From Acidobacteriota bacterium (GTDB lineage Bacteria; Acidobacteriota; Thermoanaerobaculia; Gp7-AA8): 58,824 nucleotides of DNA. The notes under the pieces are model-generated. The model worked only from the letters and a program-made list of their open reading frames with translations. It made no database searches and was not told where the DNA came from. Of the stretch, positions 49,758 through 58,824 are shown piece after piece. The stretch covers positions 1 through 58,824 of the forward strand of contig JAFATB010000001.1 of the NCBI GenBank assembly GCA_019244185.1, written 5' to 3'. The position numbers and the translations under genes were made by a program. Within the stretch, counting starts at the first letter, position 1. Each line of letters starts with the position of its first letter.

Positions 49758-50897
49758 ATGAGCGATTTCACGCATCTCTACGGACGCGCCTTCATCGACG
49801 GCGCCATCGCGGACGACGTGCTCGTCACGATCGGCGCGGGCGTCGTCGTCGACGTGCTGCGCACCGCCGCGGCCCCGGCCGGCGCGGAGCGCATCGAGGG
49901 CATCCTCGTGCCCGGCTTCATCGACCTGCACGTGCACGGCGGCGACGGCGCGGACTTCATGGACGCGCACGACGACGGCATCGCGCAGATCGTCCGCTTC
50001 CACGCGCGCAACGGCACGACCGCGCTCGCGGCGACGACGCTCTCCGCCTCGCGCGCCGATCTGCAGAACGCGGTCGAGACGATCGCCCGCGCGAGCGCGG
50101 ATCCCGGCGCGGGCGCGGAGATCGTGGCCATTCACCTCGAGGGTCCGTACATCAATCCCGACCGCGCCGGTGCGCAGGATCGCGCGTCGATCCGTTCCGC
50201 GGACCTGCACGAAGTGGCAGCGCTGATCGCGCAGGCGCCGCGGATGCGATGGATGATCACCGTCGCGCCGGAAGTCGACGGCGTGCGCGCTCTCGTCGAA
50301 CACTTCCGCGATCGCGTGCTGTTCTCGATCGGCCACACGTCCGCCGATCACGCGCTCGCCGTCGCCGCGCTCGACTGGGGCGCGACGCACTTTACGCATC
50401 TCTTCAACGCGATGACAGGACTGCATCACCGCGATCCGGGCGTCGTCGGCGCGGCGCTCACGTCGCGCGATGCCACCGCGGAGCTGATCGCCGACGGCGT
50501 TCACGTGCATCCGGCCGCGCTGCGCCTCGCCGTCACGACCATGCCGCACCGCATCGCGCTCATCACCGACGCCATGCGCGCGTGCGGACTCGCGCCCGGC
50601 ACGTACAAGCTGTACGACTACGAAGTCACCGTCGCCGACGGCGCGGCGCGGCTCGCCGACGGCACGCTGGCCGGCAGCATCCTCACGACCGCGAACGCGG
50701 TGAAGAACATGATCGAGCTCGCGGCGATGCCGATCGAAAGCATCATTCCGCTCGCGACCGAAGTGCCCGCGCGCATCGCCGGCGTCGCCGATCGAAAAGG
50801 AAAAATCGAGACGCGCTACGACGCCGATCTGGTCGTGCTCACCGAGAAGTTCGAAGTCGCACGCGTTTGGACGCGCGGCGAGGAGCTGCACGCGTGA
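49758..50897 (+). CDS. nagA: N-acetylglucosamine-6-phosphate deacetylase
   Basis: PGFIDLHVHG, HLEGP, THLFNAM, ADGVHV, TLAGS. Confidence 0.95.
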   Translation: MSDFTHLYGRAFIDGAIADDVLVTIGAGVVVDVLRTAAAPAGAERIEGILVPGFIDLHVHGGDGADFMDAHDDGIAQIVRFHARNGTTALAATTLSASRADLQNAVETIARASADPGAGAEIVAIHLEGPYINPDRAGAQDRASIRSADLHEVAALIAQAPRMRWMITVAPEVDGVRALVEHFRDRVLFSIGHTSADHALAVAALDWGATHFTHLFNAMTGLHHRDPGVVGAALTSRDATAELIADGVHVHPAALRLAVTTMPHRIALITDAMRACGLAPGTYKLYDYEVTVADGAARLADGTLAGSILTTANAVKNMIELAAMPIESIIPLATEVPARIAGVADRKGKIETRYDADLVVLTEKFEVARVWTRGEELHA

Positions 50898-51598
50898 GGT
50901 GGGAGACGTTCGAATCCGCGGACGCGCTCGCGCAACGCGCCGCCACCCTGCTCCTCACCGCGATCCGCGCCGATCCGCGCCTCGTCCTCGGCCTTCCCAC
51001 CGGCCGCACGCCGATCGGCATGTACGCGCGCGTCGTCGGCGAATGCTCGCGCGAATACCACTGCTTTCGCGACGTCACGACGTTCAATCTCGACGAATAC
51101 GCCGGCGTGCCGCGCGACCATCCGGCGAGCTATTGGACGTACATGCGGACGCACCTCTTCGATCACGTCGACGTCGATCCGGGCAACACGCACATCCCCG
51201 ACGGCACCGCGCCCAATCTCGACGCCGAATGCGCGCGCTACGAACGCGAGATCGCCGCCGCCGGCGGACTCGGACTCACCTTTCTCGGGCTGGGACACAA
51301 CGGTCACATCGGCTTCAACGAGCCGGGCACGCCGTTCGACGCGCGCACGCGCGTCGTGGAGCTGACGCCTTCGACGCGCCGCGCGAACGCGGAGTTCTTT
51401 CCCGACGGAAACGTGCCGTCGAAGGCGATCACGATGGGCATCGGCACGATTCTGGAGTCGCGTGCGATCGTGCTGCTCGCCGCCGGTGCCGGGAAAGAAG
51501 ACGCGATCGCGCGACTGCGCGCGGGGACGATCGACGAGAGCTTCCCCGCGTCGGCACTCTGGAAGCATGACGACGTCATGGTGTTATGCGCCTGCTGA
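50894..51598 (+). CDS. nagB: Glucosamine-6-phosphate deaminase
   Basis: GLPTGRTP, FNLDEY, GHNGHIGFNEPG, AITMGIGTI, PASAL. Confidence 0.95.
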   Translation: MRWETFESADALAQRAATLLLTAIRADPRLVLGLPTGRTPIGMYARVVGECSREYHCFRDVTTFNLDEYAGVPRDHPASYWTYMRTHLFDHVDVDPGNTHIPDGTAPNLDAECARYEREIAAAGGLGLTFLGLGHNGHIGFNEPGTPFDARTRVVELTPSTRRANAEFFPDGNVPSKAITMGIGTILESRAIVLLAAGAGKEDAIARLRAGTIDESFPASALWKHDDVMVLCAC

Positions 51599-52419
51599 AA
51601 CGTCTCGGCGTCACGCTGCTCGTCCTGGTCGCCGTCTTCCTCGCGTACCGCGTGCTCGGCGTCTATCAGATCCGCCCCGGCAAATGCACGGCGGGACCGC
51701 CGCGCACGATCGCGCAGACGTATCCGAAGCGCCTCGTGGTGCTGACGTACAACATCGAAGGACACGCGGCGCTGCTGCGCTCCGACCACATCGCGCGGAT
51801 CGCCGACGTCATCAACGCGGTGCATCCCGACGTCGTCGGCATCAACGAGGCGCATCGCAAGACGTTCCAGGCGCGCTTCGCGGACGAAGTCGAAGAGCTG
51901 CGCCGCCGCACGCACATGAACGGCGTCTTCGGCCGCAGCTACTCGTTCATGGGCGGCGCATTCGGCAACGCGGTGCTCACGCGCGGCGAGATCGTGCATA
52001 GCGAAGTCCATCCGCTGCCCGGCACCGGCGAGCCGCGCACGCTCCTCGAGACGCTCGTGCGCATCGACGGCGGCACGGTGGCGTTCATGGTCGCGCACAC
52101 GTCGGCGTGGGGCGGCATCAACCGCGAACAGCGCGGCGAGCAGCTGGCGTGCATGAACTCGTACGTGCGCGCCAGCGCCTTTCCGACCATCCTCACCGGC
52201 GACTTCAACGCGCCGCCGGAGAGCGAAGAGATCGCCGGGTTTCTCGCGAACAACGTCCTGCAATTCGCCGGCAACCCCGCCACGCCGTCGCACAAGGTGC
52301 TCAGTCAACGTCTTGACTACATTCTCGCGGACCGCGGCTGGAAGGTGCGCGACGCGCGCGTCCTCGACCTCGGTCCCTCCGATCACAAACCCGTCCTCGC
52401 GGAGCTCGTTCACGAATGA
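51586..52419 (+). CDS. Membrane-anchored endonuclease/exonuclease/phosphatase-family protein
   Basis: TYNI, INE, GNAVL, GDFN, LDYI, SDH motifs. Confidence 0.9.
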   Translation: MRLLKRLGVTLLVLVAVFLAYRVLGVYQIRPGKCTAGPPRTIAQTYPKRLVVLTYNIEGHAALLRSDHIARIADVINAVHPDVVGINEAHRKTFQARFADEVEELRRRTHMNGVFGRSYSFMGGAFGNAVLTRGEIVHSEVHPLPGTGEPRTLLETLVRIDGGTVAFMVAHTSAWGGINREQRGEQLACMNSYVRASAFPTILTGDFNAPPESEEIAGFLANNVLQFAGNPATPSHKVLSQRLDYILADRGWKVRDARVLDLGPSDHKPVLAELVHE

Positions 52420-53768
52420 CAAAGGATCGACATCGCGGCCACCACGACCGCCAGCACGAAGACCGCTTCGGCGTCTGGCACCTGCACGGCACGACGTACG
52501 TCCGCCTGCCGCTGATCGTGTTCAGCGGCATGCTGCTGGCGATCGTCGCGCTGACGGTCCTCTACTGGTCCGTCAAGCGGAAGCCGGACGCGAAGCTGCG
52601 CGTGAAGAACCCCGGCCAGCTCTCGGCGCTCCTGCCGTCGCTCGTCGGCCTCACGCAATCGAGCCTCGATCCCGGCAACTCCGTCGAGGTGCTGCAGAAC
52701 GGCGACGAGTTCTTCCCGCGGCTCTTCCGCGACGTCGCCGCCGCGCGCGAGAGCATCCACGTCGAGACCTACATCTGGTCCGACGGCGTCATCGCGCGCG
52801 GTCTGGCGAAGATCCTTGCCGAGAAGGCGCGGCAGGGCGTCGAAGTGCGCGTGCTCGTCGACGCGTCGGGCGGACGCTCGCTCAAAGGCGACGTGCAGAA
52901 GATGCTCGAATCCGCCGGCGCGCACGTCGGCCACTTCCACCCCATCCGCGTCAGCAACCTCGGGCGCCTCAACAACCGCGACCACCGCAAGATCTGGATC
53001 GTCGACGGCCGCATTGCCTACACGGGCGGCTACGGCATCAGCGACAACTGGAGCGGTCACGCGCAGGACAAGAAGCACTGGCGCGATACCGGCCTGCGCA
53101 TCGCCGGCCCCGCGGTCAACCGCCTGCAGGGCGCGTTCACGGAGAACTGGATCGAGGAGATGGGCGAGATCCCCGCGGGCGATCGCTACTTCCCGAAGAT
53201 CCCGCCGAGCGGCCCGACCGCGACGCACATCGCCTACACCTCGCCGAACGGCAGCATCTCGTCCGTGCAGATCCTCTACTACCTCGCCATCAAAGCGGCC
53301 AAGCGCGAGATCCTCATCCAGAATCCGTATCTGCTGCCGGACGACGACGCGATGGCCGCGCTCAAGGAAGCGGTGCGCCGCGGCGTCGACGTGCGCGTGA
53401 TGGTGCCGGCGGACCACGCGTCCGACAGCGCGTTCGTGCAGCACGCCAGTCACCACCACTTCGGCAAGCTGCTGCGCAGCGGCGTGAAGATCTGGGAGTA
53501 CCAGCCGACGCTGCTGCATCAGAAAATCCTCGTGGTCGACGGCATGTGGGCGTCGGTCGGCTCGACCAATTTCGACGAGCGCTCGTTTCAGCTCAACGAC
53601 GAGATCAACATCGGTGTCGCCGATCCCGTCGTTGCGGGACAGCTGCGCGCCGCGTTCGCGAACGACATGAAGCGCGCGGTGCAGCGGCATTACGATGAAT
53701 GGGAGCACCGTCCGCTCTGGCACAAGCTCGTGGACGGAGTGGCATACTTGGGGCACTCGCAGTTGTGA
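52416..53768 (+). CDS. cls: Cardiolipin synthase-like phospholipase D
   Basis: Two HKD motifs (HRKIWIVDG, HQKILVVDG), WRDT, GSTNFD. Confidence 0.9.
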   Translation: MTKDRHRGHHDRQHEDRFGVWHLHGTTYVRLPLIVFSGMLLAIVALTVLYWSVKRKPDAKLRVKNPGQLSALLPSLVGLTQSSLDPGNSVEVLQNGDEFFPRLFRDVAAARESIHVETYIWSDGVIARGLAKILAEKARQGVEVRVLVDASGGRSLKGDVQKMLESAGAHVGHFHPIRVSNLGRLNNRDHRKIWIVDGRIAYTGGYGISDNWSGHAQDKKHWRDTGLRIAGPAVNRLQGAFTENWIEEMGEIPAGDRYFPKIPPSGPTATHIAYTSPNGSISSVQILYYLAIKAAKREILIQNPYLLPDDDAMAALKEAVRRGVDVRVMVPADHASDSAFVQHASHHHFGKLLRSGVKIWEYQPTLLHQKILVVDGMWASVGSTNFDERSFQLNDEINIGVADPVVAGQLRAAFANDMKRAVQRHYDEWEHRPLWHKLVDGVAYLGHSQL

Positions 53769-53771
53769 GTT

Positions 53772-54635
53772 ATGGCAACGCTTCCCGCCGAGGGCCGCTG
53801 GTCGCTCCGGCTGTTGTCGGATGACGACGCCAAGGGGGCGCTGGAGTTTCTGCAGCGCGACCCGCTGATCAATGTCTATCTGATCGCGCGGCTGCTGGAA
53901 GAACGCTCGCTCGCGGCGACGCAGCTCGTGGTGGTGCGCTACAACGGCGCGATCGTGGTCGTGGCGTCGCTGGCGACGAACATCGTGCTGGCCGGCGATC
54001 CGGCCATGCCGCGCGAGATCACCGACAGCGCGATCGCGCTCGTCGCGGACCGCATCCTCACGCGCATGCTGCCGGTGCGCGCGATCATCTCGCCCGCGGC
54101 GCTCGTAGAGTCGCTGTGGAATCAGCTGCGGACGCGGCTCGATCCGCCGACTGTCGTGCGTCTCAATCAGCCGATCTACGCGCTCCGTCCGCGCTTCGAT
54201 TACCCCGACCTCACCGAGGCGCGCTATGCGACGATCCGCGATCTCGACGCGCTCGTGCCCGCATGCGCGGCGATGCACAAAGAGGAAGTGGGGATCGATC
54301 CGATGGAGCGCGACGCCGTCGGCTATCGCGAGCGCATCCGCGAGCTCATCGAGAAAAAACGCTCGGTGATTCGTGTGATCGACAATCGCATCGCGTCGAA
54401 ATGCGAGTATTCGGCGGTGACGAACGACGCCGTGCAACTGATGGGGGTCTGGACGAATCCGCGCTTCCGCCGCCACGGGTTGTCCCACGCGCTGCTGCGC
54501 GAGGTGTGCGGCCATCTCTCGCTTCGCGGCAAAACCGTGACGCTCTTCGTGAACGACTTCAATCGTCCCGCCATCGCCCTCTATGAATCGCTCGGATTCA
54601 CGCCGATCGGGATGAATCGCGCGCTGATCTGGTGA
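53772..54635 (+). CDS. GNAT family acetyltransferase (FR47-like C-terminus)
   Basis: GVWTNPRFRRHG, LFVNDFNRPAIALYESLGF. Confidence 0.88.
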   Translation: MATLPAEGRWSLRLLSDDDAKGALEFLQRDPLINVYLIARLLEERSLAATQLVVVRYNGAIVVVASLATNIVLAGDPAMPREITDSAIALVADRILTRMLPVRAIISPAALVESLWNQLRTRLDPPTVVRLNQPIYALRPRFDYPDLTEARYATIRDLDALVPACAAMHKEEVGIDPMERDAVGYRERIRELIEKKRSVIRVIDNRIASKCEYSAVTNDAVQLMGVWTNPRFRRHGLSHALLREVCGHLSLRGKTVTLFVNDFNRPAIALYESLGFTPIGMNRALIW

Positions 54636-54637
54636 CC

Positions 54638-54653
54638 CGGCGCGGGCATTGCA
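54638..54653 (+). promoter_or_regulatory. sigma54-like promoter upstream of cold-shock gene
   Basis: CGGCGCGGGCATTGCA (GG-N10-GC). Confidence 0.4.
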
Positions 54654-54738
54654 GAAAATGCCAATGCCGCGATTGGTAAACGCGGTCTAGAGAAATGGCA
54701 GGACGCGCCGCGATTCACCGGCGCGGTCGGAGGTAGAA

Positions 54739-54975
54739 ATGCCTGAGATTGGTACAGTGAAGTGGTTCAATAACGACAAAGGCTACGGCTTCATCAAACG
54801 CGCCACGGGCGAAGACGTCTTCGTGCATCACACCGCCATTCAAGCGTCGGGCTACCGCACGCTCAATGAAGGTGAACGCGTGGAGTTCGACGTCAAACAG
54901 GGACCGAAAGGCCTGCAGGCCGAGAACGTGCGCCGCGCCGATGATGGCGGCGGCCGCCACGAAGAAGCCGTGTAG
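54739..54975 (+). CDS. Cold-shock protein (CspA family)
   Basis: GTVKWFN, KGYGFI, DVFVH; GGAGG SD. Confidence 0.96.
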   Translation: MPEIGTVKWFNNDKGYGFIKRATGEDVFVHHTAIQASGYRTLNEGERVEFDVKQGPKGLQAENVRRADDGGGRHEEAV

Positions 54976-54985
54976 TACACGACCT

Positions 54986-55010
54986 CGGAGCGGCGCTCGC
55001 CGCCGCTCCG
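54986..55010. terminator. GC-rich hairpin between convergent genes
   Basis: CGGAGCGGCG-ctcgc-CGCCGCTCCG, perfect 10-bp stem, no U-tract. Confidence 0.45.
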
Positions 55011-55011
55011 C

Positions 55012-55185
55012 TCACTCCTCGGGACGCGGCTGTAATCCGGCCGCGAAGACCGCGCCGAGCGCACCTCCGAAGGCCACGGCCGGCAAGGCCTGTCCGTAAC
55101 CCTTCAGGGCGAGGAGCGCGGCTGCGACTCCTCCGGCGACGAGAATCAGCGAACGGAGAACGAGGTCCTGGAGATCGTGTTTCAT
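55012..55185 (-). CDS. Small two-TM membrane protein (57 aa), not in the ORF track
   Basis: MKHDLQDLVLRSLILVAGGVAAALLALKGYGQALPAVAFGGALGAVFAAGLQPRPEE; extended -10 TGTTAGAAT at ~55224-55232. Confidence 0.65.
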   Translation of the reverse strand: MKHDLQDLVLRSLILVAGGVAAALLALKGYGQALPAVAFGGALGAVFAAGLQPRPEE

Positions 55186-55249
55186 TGGATTGTGGAGGCG
55201 GATTGGACGGCCGCCGGGCGCTCATTCTAACAGCAGCGCGCACGCGGTA

Positions 55250-57241
55250 TTACATCCGCTCCGGCACCGGGATTCCCAACAGCTCCAGCGCACCCACCAT
55301 CGTGCGGCGAAACACCTCCGCGCAGACCGCGCGCCGCTGCCGCTCCGCCGCGTCCTTCTCATTGCGGATCGGATACTTGTGGTAGAAGCTGTTGAACTTC
55401 TGGGCGAGCTCGAGCAGGTACTGCGTCACGATCGAGAGCTCGAGCGAATCGACCGCGCGCCGGATCGCCGCCGGCAACTCCGCCGACAGCCGCACCAGCT
55501 CCCACATGTCGTCCGTGAATCCCTGATTGAGCGTGAGGTCGTCGACGGCGCGATCGTCGATGCGCGGATCGATCCCTTCTTTGCGCATCTTCGCGAAGAT
55601 GTTCTGCACGCGCACGGTCGAATACTGCAGGTACGGCCCTGAATCGCCTTCGAAGCGCAGCGCTTCTTCCCAGTCGAACGCGATGACCTTGTTGCGGCCG
55701 AAGCGCAGCATGAAGTAGCGCAGCGCGCCGATGGCGACCTGCTTGCCGACGCGCTCGGCGATCGCGTGATCCTCGCCGTCTTTGAACTCGCCCGGCTCCG
55801 CGCGTTTCGCGAGGCTGTTCCGCACCGCCTCGCTCGCATTGAACTGCAGCCAGTTCAGCAGATCGTCGGCCTTCACGCCGAGACCTTTGCGTCCCGACAT
55901 CTCGACATAGGTGCGCGACGCGTCTTCCTCCGACAGCTCCATGCCCAGCGCCTTCGCGGTTGACGGCGTCAACGCCACCATCTCGTACGCGAAGTGGATC
56001 GACGCCTCCGCCGCGGCCTCGCCCGCCACTTGCCGCACGCCTTCTTTGACGACCTTCTGCAGATACGACTGCCGCGAGTCGATCACGTTGACGACGCGCG
56101 AGGCGCCGCCGAACTTCGGCGCGCGCGGATCGGTCGTGCCGTCGTGCGTCGTCTCCCAGACGATGTGCTCGCCGGCCCTGGCGAACTCCCTGTAATCGAA
56201 GGTGCGGTCGAGGCGTCCGAGCTTCCACAGCTGATACGCGATGTCTTTGCCGGTGTACGTCACGGTGCCGTTCGAGCGCACGAGGATCTTGTCGGGCTCG
56301 TTCATGCCCGCGAATTCCTCCGCCTCGTCGAGCTTCATGACCCAGCAGCCGGCGTGCTTCCCTTCGGCCTCGAGCACGACCGCGCCCGATTGCTTGAGCA
56401 GCTCGAACGCGCGGTCCCAGAAGTGAAGCGCGATGATGTCGCTCTCTTTCGGGAGCAGGTCGTACGTGATGTCGAGGCGCTGCATCGTCTTGAGATGCCG
56501 GTGCACGATGGCGCGCGCGATCGTCGCGGCCATGGCCGCGGTCTCGTTGCCGCCTTCCTCGATGCGATGGAGCGTCTCGCGCCGCCATTGCAGCGCGTCG
56601 GGATTCGCGGCGTAGTGCTGTGCCATCTGCGAATAGACGTTCCAGCAGACGTAGTCGAACGACTCGTCGCCGGGGTTCGCGATCAACGCCTCGACGTCGG
56701 CGAGCGTTTTCTGCTCCAGCTTTTCGAACGCGACCACGACGTCCGCGACCTGCACGCCGGTGTCGTCGATGTAGTTCTGCGTCTCGACGCGGTCGCCGAG
56801 CCACTTCGCGCAGCGCACGTAGGTGTCGCCGAGGACCGAGTTGCGGAGGTGGCCGATGTGCGCCGCCTTGTTGGGATTGATGTTCGTGTGCTCGACGATG
56901 ACGCGCGTGCCGGACGGCGCGGGCGGCTCCATCACGCTCTGCAGGTGCGCGGCGGTGAACGCGCCGCGGTCGAGGCGGAAGTTGAGATACCCCGCGCCTT
57001 CGACGGACACCGACGCCACGAGCAGCGGCAGGGTCATGCCGTCGGCGAGCTGCTGCGCGATCTCGCGCGGCTTGCGCTTGAGGGCCTTGGCCAGTTCCAG
57101 CGCGACCGGCGTGGCCAGGTCGCCCATGTTCAGCTTCGGCGGTGCCTGCAGGACGATCCGGTCAACAGCTTGACCAAACAGCGCGAGCACGCGCGACTGC
57201 AGCGTTTCGGTGAGGCGGGCGTGGATCTCTTCGAGAATCAT
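55250..57241 (-). CDS. argS: Arginine--tRNA ligase
   Basis: VEHTNINPNKAAHIGHLRN, DDTGVQ, MSGRKG, FEGDSGPYLQY, ends PERM. Confidence 0.97.
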   Translation of the reverse strand: MILEEIHARLTETLQSRVLALFGQAVDRIVLQAPPKLNMGDLATPVALELAKALKRKPREIAQQLADGMTLPLLVASVSVEGAGYLNFRLDRGAFTAAHLQSVMEPPAPSGTRVIVEHTNINPNKAAHIGHLRNSVLGDTYVRCAKWLGDRVETQNYIDDTGVQVADVVVAFEKLEQKTLADVEALIANPGDESFDYVCWNVYSQMAQHYAANPDALQWRRETLHRIEEGGNETAAMAATIARAIVHRHLKTMQRLDITYDLLPKESDIIALHFWDRAFELLKQSGAVVLEAEGKHAGCWVMKLDEAEEFAGMNEPDKILVRSNGTVTYTGKDIAYQLWKLGRLDRTFDYREFARAGEHIVWETTHDGTTDPRAPKFGGASRVVNVIDSRQSYLQKVVKEGVRQVAGEAAAEASIHFAYEMVALTPSTAKALGMELSEEDASRTYVEMSGRKGLGVKADDLLNWLQFNASEAVRNSLAKRAEPGEFKDGEDHAIAERVGKQVAIGALRYFMLRFGRNKVIAFDWEEALRFEGDSGPYLQYSTVRVQNIFAKMRKEGIDPRIDDRAVDDLTLNQGFTDDMWELVRLSAELPAAIRRAVDSLELSIVTQYLLELAQKFNSFYHKYPIRNEKDAAERQRRAVCAEVFRRTMVGALELLGIPVPERM

Positions 57242-57822
57242 GCGTGGTTCCAGACTTTCAGAATCCAGCGGTCGCCCCGCCGGATGAAGACGTTGATCGC
57301 GGCATTGTCCTGCGCGAACGAGCGCGACGCCATCACGGGCAAATCGAGCAGCGCGGTGACGGCGATGCGAATGGCGGTGCCGTGCGTGACGAAGACCGGC
57401 CGCTTCGCGTGCGCGGCCGCGGCGAACGCGCGCTCGAGTCGCGCGCGCACGACATTGTGCGACTCGCCGTTCTCGCACGCGGCATCGGGATCGGTGATCC
57501 AGCGCTCGTACGTCTCGGCGTCCGCCTGGCGGATGTCGAGGAACGAGCGCGATTCCCAGACGCCGTAGCTCATCTCGCGCAGGTCTTCGAGGACCTGCAC
57601 CTCGAGGCCGAGCAGGTCGTGAATCGCGTGCGCGGTCGTGATGGCGCGGCCGAGCGGCGAGCAGAAGAGCGCGTCCGGACGGTAACGCTGTAAACGTTCG
57701 CCGAGCGAGGCTACCTGCAGCTTGCCGCGGTCGGAGAGCTCGCTGTCTTCCCAGCCTTGCACGATTCCGGCGACGTTGTGGACGGTCTCGCCGTGGCGGA
57801 CGAGGATGATCTGCTCGCTCAC
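57238..57822 (-). CDS. Histidine phosphatase family protein
   Basis: LVRHGET, SPLGRA, LREMSYG, GES, VTHG. Confidence 0.92.
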   Translation of the reverse strand: MSEQIILVRHGETVHNVAGIVQGWEDSELSDRGKLQVASLGERLQRYRPDALFCSPLGRAITTAHAIHDLLGLEVQVLEDLREMSYGVWESRSFLDIRQADAETYERWITDPDAACENGESHNVVRARLERAFAAAAHAKRPVFVTHGTAIRIAVTALLDLPVMASRSFAQDNAAINVFIRRGDRWILKVWNHA

Positions 57823-58823
57823 GAAGTCACAACCGCGGGATCGGGCACGAGCAGCGACTCGGCCGACATCTCGGCCGGCTTGTCGATGCCGAGGATCGTG
57901 AGGATGGTCGGAGCGACATTCGAGAGTACGCCGCCGCCGCGTAGCGCGCCGTAGCGCTTGCGCCGATCAGCATTCGGATCGACGAGGATGAGCGGCACGG
58001 GATTGGTCGTGTGCGCGGTATGCGGCTGTCCCGTCGCTGGGTCGAACATCAGCTCGCAGTTTCCGTGGTCGGCGGTGATGAGTGCGACGCCGTCCACCTT
58101 CGCCACGGCATCGAGGATGCGCCCGACGGCGATTTCGGTGTCGTGCACCGCCTCGACCGCCGCGTCCATCTTGCCGGTGTGCCCAACCATGTCGGGATTG
58201 GCGATGTTCATGATCACGACGTCGTACGTTTGCGACGCGACGGCGTCGACGACTTTGTCGGTGAGCTCGACGACCGACATCGCGGGCTTCAGATCGTACG
58301 TCGCGACTTTCGGCGACGGCACGAGGAGGCGCTCCTCGCCGGGGAACTGCGTGTCGGAGCCGCCGTTGAAGAAGAACGTGACGTGCGCATACTTTTCCGT
58401 CTCGGCGATTCGCAACTGGCGCAGCCCCTCGCTCGACAGAACCGCGCCGAGGTGATGGACGACCTCCTGCGGCGCGAAGAGGATCGGGAGCGTCCATTCT
58501 TCGCGATAGCGATTCATCGTCACCACGGAACAGTCCGGCCGCGCAGCTCGTGGAAATCCGGTGAAGTCGTCACTCGTGAACGCTTCCACGATCTGACGCA
58601 TCCGATCCGCGCGAAAGTTGAAGAAGATCAGCGAGTCTCCGTCGTCGACGCGACCGCGATGGGCGCCGTCCGCGCCGAGGACCGAGATCGGCTCCATGAA
58701 TTCATCGGTGACGTCCTGTTCGTAGAAACGCGCCAGGGTGCCGAGTGGATCGCCTGTCTCTGTGCCAACCCCGAGGGTCATGAGCTCGTAGCCGCGGCGA
58801 ACGCGTTCCCAACGTTTGTCGCG
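57819..58823 (-). CDS. gpmI: 2,3-bisphosphoglycerate-independent phosphoglycerate mutase (5' end outside the window)
   Basis: RDKRWER, FNFRADR, AETEKYAHVTFFFNGG, NPDMVGHTG, TADHGN, HTAHT. Confidence 0.96.
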   Translation of the reverse strand, partial: RDKRWERVRRGYELMTLGVGTETGDPLGTLARFYEQDVTDEFMEPISVLGADGAHRGRVDDGDSLIFFNFRADRMRQIVEAFTSDDFTGFPRAARPDCSVVTMNRYREEWTLPILFAPQEVVHHLGAVLSSEGLRQLRIAETEKYAHVTFFFNGGSDTQFPGEERLLVPSPKVATYDLKPAMSVVELTDKVVDAVASQTYDVVIMNIANPDMVGHTGKMDAAVEAVHDTEIAVGRILDAVAKVDGVALITADHGNCELMFDPATGQPHTAHTTNPVPLILVDPNADRRKRYGALRGGGVLSNVAPTILTILGIDKPAEMSAESLLVPDPAVVTS

Positions 58824-58824
58824 A

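Noticed and set aside
55010-55200. tRNA or ncRNA between csp and argS
   Set aside because: No T-loop/D-loop signature; better explained by the 57-aa minus-strand ORF.

Overview
A 58.8-kb, very GC-rich, gene-dense bacterial chromosomal segment. Gene content (Oar-like TonB-dependent receptor, sulfatase-like-TPR fusion, lolD-clpC) suggests Acidobacteriota, possibly Thermoanaerobaculia; this is inference. Most of it is housekeeping: clpC, lolD, moeA, an asd-lysC-dapB-dapA-dapD operon, sucCD, an rlmD-like methyltransferase, comEC, miaA, murQ-anmK-nagA-nagB peptidoglycan recycling, cls, a cold-shock protein, argS and gpmI. I saw no rRNA, tRNA, CRISPR array, integrase or transposase. Two loci stand out. 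(1) 21810-25162: a PafA/Dop-like (GS/GCS-fold) carboxylate-amine ligase with no Pup or proteasome genes in the window. It follows two signal-peptide-less peptidases (a class A beta-lactamase fold and an M15-type Zn peptidase) and lies in an ~6-kb stretch with four sigma54-like promoters, which also precede two lytic transglycosylases and a sensorless histidine kinase. (2) 42663-47207: a compositionally atypical, translationally coupled three-gene operon encoding a large Ig-like repeat protein, a secreted 6-Cys peptide with a follower segment, and a secreted beta-rich protein. Other signals are widespread probable leaderless genes, back-to-back ECF-type promoters, a probable ATC start codon, a catalytically degenerate peptidase S51, and a 57-aa membrane ORF missing from the ORF track. 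All calls come from reading motifs by eye; no searches were run.
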